Assembly: GCA_050013755.1 (NCBI GenBank)
Contig: JBEKER010000002.1
Location: 302 to 64,301 of the forward strand
Direction: 5' to 3'
Length of the DNA stretch: 64,000 nucleotides
Source of the DNA: Halobacteriota archaeon
GTDB taxonomy: Archaea; Halobacteriota; Bog-38; Methanoflorentales; Methanoflorentaceae
The stretch's first letter is position 1. Every line of letters starts with the position of its first letter. Shown one piece after another: positions 27,461-37,619 of the stretch. The notes under the pieces were generated by a model, which was not told where the DNA came from, made no database searches, and saw nothing but the letters and a program-made list of their open reading frames with translations. A program made the position numbers and the translations under genes.

Positions 27461-29637
27461 TCGTCTGTGAGAAACGTCGCATCAGCTCTATCCGTTCGAT
27501 CAAGTCCGCCCCGGTGTTCGCCGAGTTGCGCAAAGACCTCTGCCGCGATCGCAGGCCCAAGAAGTGCCGCCACCGTTTCAAAAGGAGCATTTTTAAGTTC
27601 TTTTCGGCTTGTGAAACCCGCATCGTGCAGTTTTCGGGCGCGGACTCGGCCGATGTTTTTCAGTTGCACGAGATCAAGGAGCTCACGATTGATACCATAC
27701 TGGATGCGCGCTGTGAGCTCCCGGGCTTTTTTCCTTGAAGGAACCTTGAGGTAGGCTGCAAGCTCGGCGAGCGCGTGACTCACCCACTGCACCGTGTCGA
27801 CGAGATTTCTGATGTCGCCTGGCCCGACGTTGTAACCTTCGGTGATATCCTTTTCGCTTACTTCGGTTATCCAGTCGTTGACGAGCATTGCCGTTTTTAC
27901 CTCAGAGAGGAACCAGTCGTAATCGACGTCTCTGAATCGATTAGGAATCTCATCTAGGAACTCATCGAGGTGTTGATTGACAAATTCAGTTACCACGCGG
28001 TAATCCTTGTTTCGCATGAACAGGCGCCTGACGTCCGGGGTTGAACAGATGAGGTGGAGCAGCGATACGTCGCTCACCATCTCGGCGTTGCTCAGTCCTT
28101 TTCGTATCTTCACCGCAGTCAGCGGATCGACGTAGAGCCGCGATACGAGATGCCCAAATGTCGTCGCCTTGACGCGCCCGCTCGAGTCGACAATCATCTC
28201 TTCGTTCTCGAGAAACGCCAAAACGCGGTCGATCGCATATCGCAAGAGGTTCAGTCCCGTCTTTTGCTGAAATCCGAAGAACGTCGCGTCAAAAAACTGT
28301 TCGAGATCAGCCCTCGTGTGTGCGAAACCGTTTGAAATGGTCGAGAGAACGTGCATGCGAAGCGCTGTCTCCGTTCCCAGTTTTGAAATAACGTCTTCGG
28401 CCTCGCTGAGAATATAGTGGTCTGCGAGCGCCTCACACTCACTCGGCGATTTAGCGATGAGAACTGCCTCTCCGTACGCATCGAATCCGGGCCTCCCCGC
28501 GCGACCGGCCATTTGCTTGTATTCGAGCACGGGAATGTCCGTCATGCCGTAGTTCGCGTCGTAGCGCTTATAATCTCTGATAACGACCCTTCGGGCAGGA
28601 AGGTTGAGTCCCGACGCGAGCGTAGGCGTCGAGACGATTACCTTGATAAGGTTGGCGCGGAACCACGTCTCGACGAGTTTCCGGTGGTCGATGAGAAGGC
28701 CTGCGTGGTGAAATGCCGCCCCGTGACTCACGCAGTAGGCGAGCTTCTCTGCAATCCCGGTCTCCCCGTGGATTTTCGCAGCAAGCTCCTTGGAGTCGAA
28801 ATCGCCCTGTGATCGAAGCGTCGTTGCGATTCTCTTTGCAAGGCTTTCAGCATTTCTCCGTGTATTGACAAAGATCAAGCATTGGCCACCTTCTCGCAGG
28901 GTATCGATGGCGAGTGCAATCGCCGGGTCGCTGGCGCCATCTAAAACGGCTTTTTTCACAACGCCGAGCGGTGGCGCGTCGTGTACGAACGCGATAACGG
29001 CGCGCTCAGGAAGATAAAGACCCTCGTGCAGTTCGACGGGCCTCCAGTCACTTCGTACGAGTTGTGCGTCAAGCCAGGTTGCCATATCGTCGGCATTAGA
29101 CACCGTTGCACTGAGCGCGAGAATTTGAGCTGTCGGATTGAGTCTCTTTAACTTCGTCAGCGTTACCTCGAGCGTTGGACCGCGATCTATCGAGTTCAGC
29201 AAGTGGATTTCGTCCGCGACGACGACGGTAAGCGCCTGCATCCACGCAACGCCGTTTCGCAGCAGTGAATCTGCTTTCTCGGAAGTGGTGACTATGATAT
29301 CGTTGCGTCCCAGATTGTCGTCACGAACGTCGTAGTCTCCCGTTGAGATCCCGACTCGCACGCCTGACGCGGCAAACAGCGAGAATCGGTCGAACTTCTC
29401 CGAAGCGAGCGCCTTCAGGGGGACGATATAAAGGCATTTGCCGCCTTTAACGATCGAATTGAGCATCGCGAATTCTGCGAGCAGCGTCTTGCCGGAAGCG
29501 GTGGGCGTCGCGACCACCATACTCGCGCCGTTGAGCAGCCCGCAATCTAGTGCTTCGGCTTGCGGCGGATAGAGCTCCGTGAAGTCCGGCTGAGTATAAA
29601 AACGCTTAATCTTTTCAGGTAAATCCGTTACGTCCAT
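27457..29637 (-). CDS. hel308: Hel308/Hjm Ski2-like DNA helicase
   Basis: PTASGKT, DEIH, LSAT, QMAGRAGR; C-terminal HhH NIGRVRAR. Confidence 0.96.
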   Translation of the reverse strand: MDVTDLPEKIKRFYTQPDFTELYPPQAEALDCGLLNGASMVVATPTASGKTLLAEFAMLNSIVKGGKCLYIVPLKALASEKFDRFSLFAASGVRVGISTGDYDVRDDNLGRNDIIVTTSEKADSLLRNGVAWMQALTVVVADEIHLLNSIDRGPTLEVTLTKLKRLNPTAQILALSATVSNADDMATWLDAQLVRSDWRPVELHEGLYLPERAVIAFVHDAPPLGVVKKAVLDGASDPAIALAIDTLREGGQCLIFVNTRRNAESLAKRIATTLRSQGDFDSKELAAKIHGETGIAEKLAYCVSHGAAFHHAGLLIDHRKLVETWFRANLIKVIVSTPTLASGLNLPARRVVIRDYKRYDANYGMTDIPVLEYKQMAGRAGRPGFDAYGEAVLIAKSPSECEALADHYILSEAEDVISKLGTETALRMHVLSTISNGFAHTRADLEQFFDATFFGFQQKTGLNLLRYAIDRVLAFLENEEMIVDSSGRVKATTFGHLVSRLYVDPLTAVKIRKGLSNAEMVSDVSLLHLICSTPDVRRLFMRNKDYRVVTEFVNQHLDEFLDEIPNRFRDVDYDWFLSEVKTAMLVNDWITEVSEKDITEGYNVGPGDIRNLVDTVQWVSHALAELAAYLKVPSRKKARELTARIQYGINRELLDLVQLKNIGRVRARKLHDAGFTSRKELKNAPFETVAALLGPAIAAEVFAQLGEHRGGLDRTDRADATFLTDE

Positions 29638-30130
29638 GCTGCTCTATGTAACCCATATGAGCAGTCCGATATTAATACCGTTCTCAGCAGTTCTGGCGCC
29701 AGCGGCGCATAAGGCGATGAGGGCCATGCTCGAAGGACCGACGGTCGTTAAGCCGCTTTACACCGGCGCTGCCAGGCATTGGTAAGTGGGCGCTCGCTCA
29801 TTTCGTGTAAAAAGGCATTGCTGGACTACTAAGCATCACAAAAAATAGTCTAAGGTCGTTAGCTCGTCCCTCTTCGCGACATATCCAACGTGTCTCTTTT
29901 CCACAGAACCAACAAGCTCACGATAAGCGTGAGACAACCCATGCATCGACCCTTTCTGTGGAACAACCGAGGTTCCGCTAACGACCTTAGTGATTTAAGA
30001 CCGAGGCAACATATTGTAAAGCCAGTAGCTATTTTAAGATTTATAACAAATTTAGTTTGTTACTCCGCGCACGCCCGCACGAAAGCCGCGGCGGGACCTT
30101 GTGAGCAGGAGTGGGAGGCGCTTTTAAACC

Positions 30131-30616
30131 TCAAAGGACCGTGTTCAGATTACCGATACGTGCCAGAAAGCTTTCGATCTTCTCAACGTACGAGTTGTCT
30201 TCTACGTCTTTGTGCAGAATTTCGACGGTGGCAACCGGGGTTGCCTTGCACAGTTCTTGCATCTCTTCGAACGCGCTCTCCGCCCCTGAGCGATCCTGGG
30301 TGCAAAAGAACGCGACACGAGTGAATCGCTTGCTCTTGCGCGAGATGTACGCTCGTATAGGACTTGATACGGTTTGAACCCATACTGGCGTGCCAATGAT
30401 CGTGAGATCGTAACGCGCAGGATCTTTTTTCGTGGCCTTAATGACCGCGGCCTTTTTCAGGACCGCCTCCTCACGCGAAATGCCGTACCCAGAAAAATCG
30501 CTTCGGTCTTCTCTGGCGACGATCTCCTCGACGTCTCCTGAGAGGGCTCGCGCGATCGTTTCAGCTACCTTTCTGGTGATTCCCGTGCGAGAATAAAAAA
30601 CGACGAGCGTCTTCAT
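30131..30616 (-). CDS. flavodoxin family protein
   Basis: LVVFYSRTGIT..VA, IGTPVW and AFFCT. Confidence 0.9.
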   Translation of the reverse strand: MKTLVVFYSRTGITRKVAETIARALSGDVEEIVAREDRSDFSGYGISREEAVLKKAAVIKATKKDPARYDLTIIGTPVWVQTVSSPIRAYISRKSKRFTRVAFFCTQDRSGAESAFEEMQELCKATPVATVEILHKDVEDNSYVEKIESFLARIGNLNTVL

Positions 30617-30824
30617 TAGACGCTATTACGTGTCGCCAAGCTTAACCGTTTCATCTCCTTTGTGGGAACGACCACCTCGGCCGCAGAAGCCCCGTCACTG
30701 TTGGTGGAGATGGCGAAAGATACAAATGCTGATTGGCCGCCTTTGGATTAGTAGGCTTGAGTAATTTCACGCGAACGCCTGTCAGTCCATGGCTGATATG
30801 CACATCTTTCGAGGTACAAGGAAC

Positions 30825-31436
30825 GTGATCTTTGATCTGCACATTCACTCAAAATACTCGGGCGATTGTACAATGGCGCCCGCCACCATTCTTAAGGTCG
30901 CAAAGAAACTTGGATTAAACGGCATTGCCATCGCGGATCACTTGACTATCAAGGGCGCAGTTGAGACGCGCAGGTTAAACGAGGATCATGATTTTTTGGT
31001 CATCGTCGGCGCTGAAATTGAAACGGCGAACAAGGAGGACCTGATCGGTTTATTTCTTACAGAGGAAATTGAGTCCAGAAACACTGCAGACGTAATCGCC
31101 GAGGTCAAAGCGCAAGGTGGCATTGTTTTTTGGGCGCATCCATTCCGAGTCGGGAAAAACCTATTACGCCCTGAGATGATTAAGCGACTTGATCTCATTG
31201 AGGGCTTCAATTCGAAAACGAGCGCTTCGTGCAACGCGCTTGCGCAACAGCTCGCTCGTCAATTTGATAAACCCGTGATAGGGGCCAGCGACGCACACCA
31301 AGTCGCGGAAATAGGAAATGGCAAAACGTTGATACGTGGCGCTGATTTTGGCGCGACGAGGGAATCGCTTGCTTGCGGGAAGACGCAGATAGTGGATTCT
31401 CACTTGTCCTACGATTACCTGTACGATACGCTTTGA
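30825..31436 (+). CDS. PHP-domain phosphoesterase
   Basis: DLHIHSKYS, ADH, AHPF and SDAH metal-binding motifs. Confidence 0.9.
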   Translation: MIFDLHIHSKYSGDCTMAPATILKVAKKLGLNGIAIADHLTIKGAVETRRLNEDHDFLVIVGAEIETANKEDLIGLFLTEEIESRNTADVIAEVKAQGGIVFWAHPFRVGKNLLRPEMIKRLDLIEGFNSKTSASCNALAQQLARQFDKPVIGASDAHQVAEIGNGKTLIRGADFGATRESLACGKTQIVDSHLSYDYLYDTL

Positions 31437-31877
31437 GAATCAATAGTCCGGTTCGCAAACGGTTTTCGTTTGATAGCAAGAAAACGTTTCGTGCTCCAAC
31501 GGCTCCAGCGTGATAGGGGCTGCACGCATAAAAGCGCTCTGTCTTCTAGGCTGCTTAATTCCGCACATCAATCACGTTTAATAATGAAAAACTACAAATA
31601 GGAGTGAAGTTGAAACGCTATTGATTAAACTTAGCGAGGTGACCAGCCAAATCAGACAATACAGCACAACATCGAAACTGTTTTATTGCGTAAGTATTGG
31701 TCATTCCGACCAAGTAAGCGAGTCGGCCGTCGATTTGGAGATGGCCGGCGCATCTTACACAGTTAGAAAAATAACTTTTTTTGGCAAAGATTGAAGGCCG
31801 CACCAATTTTGTTCGTGCAGCGTTTGCCGTAAATCTGTCGTACTAGTTAGTCGGCTTGATAAACAAAAAAATAGAGA

Positions 31878-31901
31878 GCAGAGAAGTATCTGATTCTCTG
31901 C
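31878..31901 (-). terminator. hairpin + T-tract terminator
   Basis: GCAGAGAA/TTCTCTGC 8-bp stem followed by a T-run on the minus strand. Confidence 0.6.
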
Positions 31902-31919
31902 CCAACTAGCGTGGCAGCA

Positions 31920-32528
31920 TTATGTCAGTACAAATGAGCTCATTATTCGCTGTGCTTGCGCTAAGTACGTGTTATAGTCGCTGGGTACGGACTTGTAAGC
32001 TATCACATAACCAATGTTGTTATTTATTACGAAAGTCTCCATTACTTTGAGCGTCGTGTTAGTGCTACTAGTTGGCGTTGTATTAAGCTGGACGGGGACG
32101 AGCCCTTGAAAAACGATTGTTTGTGCCGGCTTGCCAGAAACTGTCGTGGTGTTGTTTGAAATTTCTTGGTAGTTCGGGTATTTTGTAATGTTGGCCATCT
32201 GAGAGTCTACAAAACTGCCTAAAGTTTGGCCTGCGCTAAGATCAACTGTGCCCACGTTCACGCCATCAACTTTCGAATTTGGATTCAGATAGACGTATAT
32301 CTTCACTTGGGTTGCTGGATCGGTTGTCGTATCTGCTTTGAGCGACGTTGGATACGTGAGATTGAAACCCTTACCACTTGAAAAAGTCGTGTTGTTGCCA
32401 TTGGTCGTCTGTGACGATGGGATCGGAGTCGGAGAAGGGCTCGTATTCGTCGTGCAGCCGGCCGCCGTCGCCGCCAGTGTTATTAGCGCTGCGATCACGA
32501 GCGCCGTAATTAGATTGCGATTATCCAT
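31920..32528 (-). CDS. PsbP/Mog1-fold lipoprotein
   Basis: Lipobox AAGC; GFNLTYP; GYVIAY...YL..AQRIMSSF ending. Confidence 0.8.
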   Translation of the reverse strand: MDNRNLITALVIAALITLAATAAGCTTNTSPSPTPIPSSQTTNGNNTTFSSGKGFNLTYPTSLKADTTTDPATQVKIYVYLNPNSKVDGVNVGTVDLSAGQTLGSFVDSQMANITKYPNYQEISNNTTTVSGKPAQTIVFQGLVPVQLNTTPTSSTNTTLKVMETFVINNNIGYVIAYKSVPSDYNTYLAQAQRIMSSFVLT

Positions 32529-32816
32529 AGTATCAGCTCTCGCGTATATGGAAAGCTTCTAGACAATAAAGGTTTGCCTCCTCACCCAGAGCTGATTCGT
32601 CGCGCGTCATCCACGAGCAACCGATTTCCTGTCGGCTCGCTTCGATGCAGGAACACTCGCGGCCGCTTGTTCAGCCTGGCCCCCCAATAAGTCTTTATTC
32701 GAAAAGGAACTTCAATGATGATGAGCAATCGCAAATCGTTGCACGTTGCGATGTTTCATGGTTTTGGAAGCTGCGCTTGAGATACCCACTTCGCAGCCTG
32801 CCACCAAGGTGGACGC

Positions 32817-33971
32817 ATGGCGAACGCGACAATCAAATTTTCAAAGAGGCTAGACGTGCTGCCGCCCTACCTTTTCGCCCACATAGATACTTTGAAGGCA
32901 GAAAAGGAGGCACAAGGAACCGACGTCATTGATCTTGGAGTGGGGGATCCAGATCAGCCAACGCCGCTTCATATCATAGATTCGCTCGTGCGCGCCGCGC
33001 ACAACAATGCGAACCATCGGTACCCCTCCTCTGAAGGTATGCTATCGTTTAGAGAGGCCGTGAGTGAGTGGTACGCGAAGAAAGACATCGCTGTGGATCC
33101 AGCGCGTGAGGCCTCCGCCCTAATCGGATCGAAGGAAGGCATAGCGCATCTTCCCTTAGCCTTTATCAACCGAGGGGATAAAGTCCTTGTTCCCGATCCC
33201 GCGTATCCCGTATACCGGATAGCAACTATCATGGCCGATGGCAAGCCGATAAGCATGCCACTAACTGCTGACAACGGGTTCTTGCCAAATATTGACAAGG
33301 CAGTGACCGACGCCAAGTTGCTCTTCATCAACTATCCGAACAATCCGACAGCTGCTGTCGCTGACAGTAACTTTTTTAGGGCCATCGTCGACTACGCCTC
33401 TGACAACGATGTTATCGTCTGCCACGACGCAGCGTACTTAGAGTTGACTTATAACGGCTACACAGCTCCGTCGTTTCTCTCCGTACCCGGGGCAATGGAT
33501 GTTGGAATCGAAATCGGCAGCCTGTCCAAAACGTACAACATGACCGGCTGGCGAATAGGGTTTGCAGCAGGAAACGCCGATGTGATAGCCGGCCTCAGAA
33601 AAGTCAAATCGAACCTGGACTCAGGCGCATTCCAAGCGGTACAGGAAGCAGGGATCGCTGCTATGACGGGGCCACAGGACACAGTTGAAGTGCTCAAGAG
33701 CCTCTATTCAGAGCGCAGAGACGCACTGGTCGATGGCCTAAGGAACATTGGCTGGTCCGTGGACAAGCCGAAGGCGACGTTTTATGTCTGGGCTCCCGTT
33801 CCAGACGGAAGCTCATCTCTCGAGTTTTCAATGCGACTTTTAGACGCCGGGATTGTGGCAACGCCAGGCATTGGCTTCGGAGACCACGGGGAGGGCTACA
33901 TCAGATTCGCGTTGACGGTGCCCGTCAGCACCATCGAGGAGGCAGTGACGCGGCTCCAGGAGGTTCTCTAA
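32817..33971 (+). CDS. dapL: LL-diaminopimelate aminotransferase
   Basis: LPPYLF, GSKEGI, NYPNNPT, SLSKTYNMTGWR; operon with lysA and dapF. Confidence 0.9.
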   Translation: MANATIKFSKRLDVLPPYLFAHIDTLKAEKEAQGTDVIDLGVGDPDQPTPLHIIDSLVRAAHNNANHRYPSSEGMLSFREAVSEWYAKKDIAVDPAREASALIGSKEGIAHLPLAFINRGDKVLVPDPAYPVYRIATIMADGKPISMPLTADNGFLPNIDKAVTDAKLLFINYPNNPTAAVADSNFFRAIVDYASDNDVIVCHDAAYLELTYNGYTAPSFLSVPGAMDVGIEIGSLSKTYNMTGWRIGFAAGNADVIAGLRKVKSNLDSGAFQAVQEAGIAAMTGPQDTVEVLKSLYSERRDALVDGLRNIGWSVDKPKATFYVWAPVPDGSSSLEFSMRLLDAGIVATPGIGFGDHGEGYIRFALTVPVSTIEEAVTRLQEVL

Positions 33972-35251
33972 TGGATTTCGGCACGCGCGAACATCTCGGC
34001 GAGAAGAACGGCCGCCTCATCATTGGGGGCGCCGATGCCGTTGAGCTCGCACGGAAGCACGGCACGCCGCTCTATGTAACTGACGAGCGGCGCATCCGGA
34101 GCAACTACCGGCGCTTCGCGGCCGCGTTCCCCGATGCAGATGTATACTACGCCGCAAAGGCGAATGGCCACATAGCGGTCCTGCGCATACTCGCGCAAGA
34201 AGGTGCCGGCGCCGACGTATTCTCCGATGGTGAGCTGTATGCTGCCCTCCTTGCCGGGATCCGACCCGACCGCATCCTCTTCAATGGAAACGCAAAAACG
34301 GACGCCGAACTTGCAATGGCGTGTGAAACCGGGGTGAAGGTGTCCGTTGATTCACCTGATGAGCTCCGAGCGCTCGCACGAATTGCGTCAGATGCAGACA
34401 GAGAGGTTGAAATCGCATTCAGGGTTAATCCTGACGTATCCCCCGCGACGCACCCTAAGATCGCAACGGGTCTGGCACAATCGAAATTTGGAATCCCCCC
34501 CACTCAGGTGCTTGCGTGCTACGCTGACGCGCTCTCACTTGAAGGTGTCCGGCCTGTCGGTATTCATTGTCACATCGGTTCACAGATACTCGAGCTTAGC
34601 CCCTTCGCCGAGATGATGACGCGGATGATGGATCTCGTTGAAAAGCTCAGAAACGACCTTGAGCTCGAACTCGATTTCGTTGACGTCGGCAGTGGACTGG
34701 GCATACCGTACGCCGGGACGGCGCCAACCCCAATCGACCTCGCCAACGTGATTCTGCCGATCTTCACCGAACGTACACGCGCGCTGGGGGTGCGCCCCAA
34801 GCTCGTGCTTGAACCGGGAAGGTACGTCGTCGGTGACGGCGCAATTCTGCTGTGTGCAGTAAGCACCGTCAAGGAGGCGCATAGCACTTTCGTCGGCGTT
34901 GACGCCGGGTTTAACCTTCTGCTTCGCCCGACCTTGTATGAGTCGTACCACGAGGTGATCGTCGCGAATAAGCTCGATAAAACACCCGATCACGTGTACA
35001 CGGTTGTTGGCCCGATATGCGAAAGCGGCGATATACTGGCAAGAGATAGACGTCTTCCACACGTTGAAAAAGGGGATCTAATCGCTATACTCGACACAGG
35101 CGCGTATGGGTTTGCCATGAGCTCTCAGTACAACGGACGCGCGCGCGCAAGTGAAGTCCTTGTTAGCGCGGGTAAAGCAGAAATTATTCGAAGGCGCGAA
35201 ACCTACGACGATCTCTTGATCGGGCAGCGTATTCCGCCGCGCCTGCTATGA
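33971..35251 (+). CDS. lysA: diaminopimelate decarboxylase
   Basis: YAAKAN, HCHIGSQ, EPGR and GPICESGD. Confidence 0.96.
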   Translation: MDFGTREHLGEKNGRLIIGGADAVELARKHGTPLYVTDERRIRSNYRRFAAAFPDADVYYAAKANGHIAVLRILAQEGAGADVFSDGELYAALLAGIRPDRILFNGNAKTDAELAMACETGVKVSVDSPDELRALARIASDADREVEIAFRVNPDVSPATHPKIATGLAQSKFGIPPTQVLACYADALSLEGVRPVGIHCHIGSQILELSPFAEMMTRMMDLVEKLRNDLELELDFVDVGSGLGIPYAGTAPTPIDLANVILPIFTERTRALGVRPKLVLEPGRYVVGDGAILLCAVSTVKEAHSTFVGVDAGFNLLLRPTLYESYHEVIVANKLDKTPDHVYTVVGPICESGDILARDRRLPHVEKGDLIAILDTGAYGFAMSSQYNGRARASEVLVSAGKAEIIRRRETYDDLLIGQRIPPRLL

Positions 35252-35260
35252 GGGTCCGCT

Positions 35261-36100
35261 ATGAGGGCGATAGAGTTCGTCAAAATGCACGGCAACGGGA
35301 ACGACTTTGTCATCATTGACGAGACCGAGAAAGAGACCATCAGAAACAAATCGAGTTTTGCTATTAACACGTGTGATCGTCGGTTTGGCATAGGCGCCGA
35401 TGGGGTCCTTTTCGTATCGCTGCCTGTCGGGGCCGATCTCGGCATGCGATTGCTTCAGCCTGACGGTTCTGAAGCGGAGATGTGCGGAAACGGCATTCGT
35501 TGTCTCGTCATGTACGCCGTCGACGCTGGATATGTGAAGCGTGGCAGCGTCACGGTGAAAACAAAGGCGGGAGTTCGCGAAGTCACTGCTAAGAAAAGCT
35601 CGGTAATTGTCGATATGGGCAAGCCTCGCTTTGGCCGCTCAGTGATACCAGCTCTGGGCACGGGCAGTCAGTTCGTCGAAAATATGCACGGGGTGGTGGT
35701 TTCTGCAGTCAACACTGGCGTCCCGCATGCGGTGATCTTTGACGATCAAGCTGATGTCGACGTGCACGACCTAGCAGTAAAGATTCGGTTTGATCCCGTG
35801 TTCCCTCAAGGAGCTAACGTCGATTTTGTGAAAGTCGATGGTAACACGCTTGTTGTTCGGACGTACGAGCGCGGCGTGGAACGGGAGACTCTCAGCTGCG
35901 GCACCGGTGCTGTCGCAGCCGCAGCTGTAGCGAACCAGATGGGCCTTATAGGCACTCGGGTCACCGTGAAAACGCTAGGCGGTTCTTTGAAGGTTACGTT
36001 GAGGAAAGATCGCGCCCTAATGGAGGGGCCGGCAGAAACGGTCTACAAGGGCATCTATTTCCTGAAAAAGGTTACGCGTCGGAGAGTCCCTGACCCGTAA
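35261..36100 (+). CDS. dapF: diaminopimelate epimerase
   Basis: KMHGNGNDF, EMCGNG and ERGVERETLSCGTG. Confidence 0.96.
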   Translation: MRAIEFVKMHGNGNDFVIIDETEKETIRNKSSFAINTCDRRFGIGADGVLFVSLPVGADLGMRLLQPDGSEAEMCGNGIRCLVMYAVDAGYVKRGSVTVKTKAGVREVTAKKSSVIVDMGKPRFGRSVIPALGTGSQFVENMHGVVVSAVNTGVPHAVIFDDQADVDVHDLAVKIRFDPVFPQGANVDFVKVDGNTLVVRTYERGVERETLSCGTGAVAAAAVANQMGLIGTRVTVKTLGGSLKVTLRKDRALMEGPAETVYKGIYFLKKVTRRRVPDP

Positions 36101-36740
36101 TCTTAAAATACGCGCTTGTCTCGAGCGGCATTAATGAATGCTTCTTCAATATCGCGCGCCGCCGTTCCGAGTGAGTTTTTACGAACTGCAAAACAATGGC
36201 GGAGACGTTATCAAGCAAATACCCAGCAACAGGCAGCACCTCCTGGGTGTCGGTGTCGACATACACCTGATTCGTTAACGTAACGGCTAGGTCATACTTT
36301 TTGGCTAAACCGAGCAGCAAAAGAACTTGATTGGCGAAGGCCTGTCGCGACCTAATTTCCGTGTCTTTTGCCTGTTCGAGCCGATAGTACGTGGTCACCG
36401 CGTCGAAAATGATAAGCCCTACATTTTCCTTCGCTATTTTCCTGATATTGCGCAGCGTAACTCGCTGCTGGTCGAAGCTTTTGACCTCGAAAACGAGCAG
36501 TTTTTGACTGAGCGTTGCAGTATCTGTTGCAGCGATCTGAGCGAAGCGTTCGCTTGGGAATGGATCAGAAGCGATAAATATCACACGCTTTTCGCTTCTT
36601 ATGACGCTCGTAGCTAGCTGTATGCATAGGCTGGTCTTCCCACTTCCCGGCTCTCCATAGATATGCGATACGACTCCTGTCGGAAAGCCGCCGCCGATGA
36701 GAGCATCGATGCCGTGGCAGGTACTTGGATAAAGCGTCAC
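36072..36740 (-). CDS. radB: DNA repair protein RadB
   Basis: Short RecA fold lacking the N-terminal HhH; GEPGSGKT, TNQVY, FKITGQGL. Confidence 0.88.
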   Translation of the reverse strand: MTLYPSTCHGIDALIGGGFPTGVVSHIYGEPGSGKTSLCIQLATSVIRSEKRVIFIASDPFPSERFAQIAATDTATLSQKLLVFEVKSFDQQRVTLRNIRKIAKENVGLIIFDAVTTYYRLEQAKDTEIRSRQAFANQVLLLLGLAKKYDLAVTLTNQVYVDTDTQEVLPVAGYLLDNVSAIVLQFVKTHSERRRAILKKHSLMPLETSAYFKITGQGLSDA

Positions 36741-36854
36741 TGTTCACCTCTTCAGAGCAAATCTAACCTCAAAAACAACGCAAAGCCGTTCGCTATGGCA
36801 TTATAGAGAGTTAGAGTTATAAACTTTCGTTCCGCAATAGAAACAGGAGGGGCA

Positions 36855-37619
36855 ACGATTCACATCGCCCTAGCAACGACGGACTTCGCACTTTACCAGG
36901 ACATCACGAGAGAGCTTCGCGAAAAGAGGCTCAAATTTGTAACTGTTGCGCCAAGCGAAGCTGTAGGACGCGAAGTTGGCGTGGTGATTACTTCTGACAA
37001 GGAGGCGAGCGCGATCTCCTTTCCGAATGTCGTTATCGCGACTGATCCCGAGATGGCGGTCAGCGAAGCGTTACGACGTCTCAGGAACACCGGCGTACCT
37101 GAAAGCGCCGTTATAGGGATCGATCCAGGAAATGAACCCGGCATTGCCGTCGTCGCGAATGGTATCGTTGAGGCGGTGTATCGCGTCCCATTAAGGCAGG
37201 CTTCGAAGATTGTGGAGCGCATTCGGCAGACCTATCCTGATATCCTCGTAAGAATTGGAAACGGAGCACGTCTGACGAGCACGCACTTAGCAAACGCCTT
37301 AATTTCGCACGGCATCGCCGTTGAGTTCGTCGATGAAAGCGGAACCTCGCCATACCTGGGGAAGGGCACGGCAGGAATCGCGATTTCAGACATTGTTGCC
37401 GCAATCAATATCGCATACACGCAAGGCACTCCGGCGGGACATCAAGACGTGCTCCCTTCGAAGGGTGAGATCCGGCGGATTCAAGAGAGGACTCGAGATC
37501 TCTCTGAGGGTCGAACAACAATTTCGCGAAAGCTTGCCCAAAGGGTAGCGAAAGGCGAAATAACGATAAGTCAAGCTCTCGCGGAACACGCCGGGAGCAG
37601 CGAGAATAAAACGTACTAG
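36855..37619 (+). CDS. conserved archaeal RNase H-fold (YqgF-like) protein; apparent ACG start
   Basis: IGIDPG..PGIAV, RIGNG, VDESGTS, DIVAAINIA. The frame is open upstream to ACG 36855, behind an AGGAGG SD. Confidence 0.8.
   Translation, partial: TIHIALATTDFALYQDITRELREKRLKFVTVAPSEAVGREVGVVITSDKEASAISFPNVVIATDPEMAVSEALRRLRNTGVPESAVIGIDPGNEPGIAVVANGIVEAVYRVPLRQASKIVERIRQTYPDILVRIGNGARLTSTHLANALISHGIAVEFVDESGTSPYLGKGTAGIAISDIVAAINIAYTQGTPAGHQDVLPSKGEIRRIQERTRDLSEGRTTISRKLAQRVAKGEITISQALAEHAGSSENKTY

Noticed and set aside
29690-29780. Fluoride riboswitch-like GGCGATGAG in a GC-rich stem region
   Set aside because: Lacks the CGCC pairing and the downstream GCTGATG element, and no crcB gene follows.
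32710-32785. C/D box sRNA (ATGATGA)
   Set aside because: No CTGA D box at a suitable distance.
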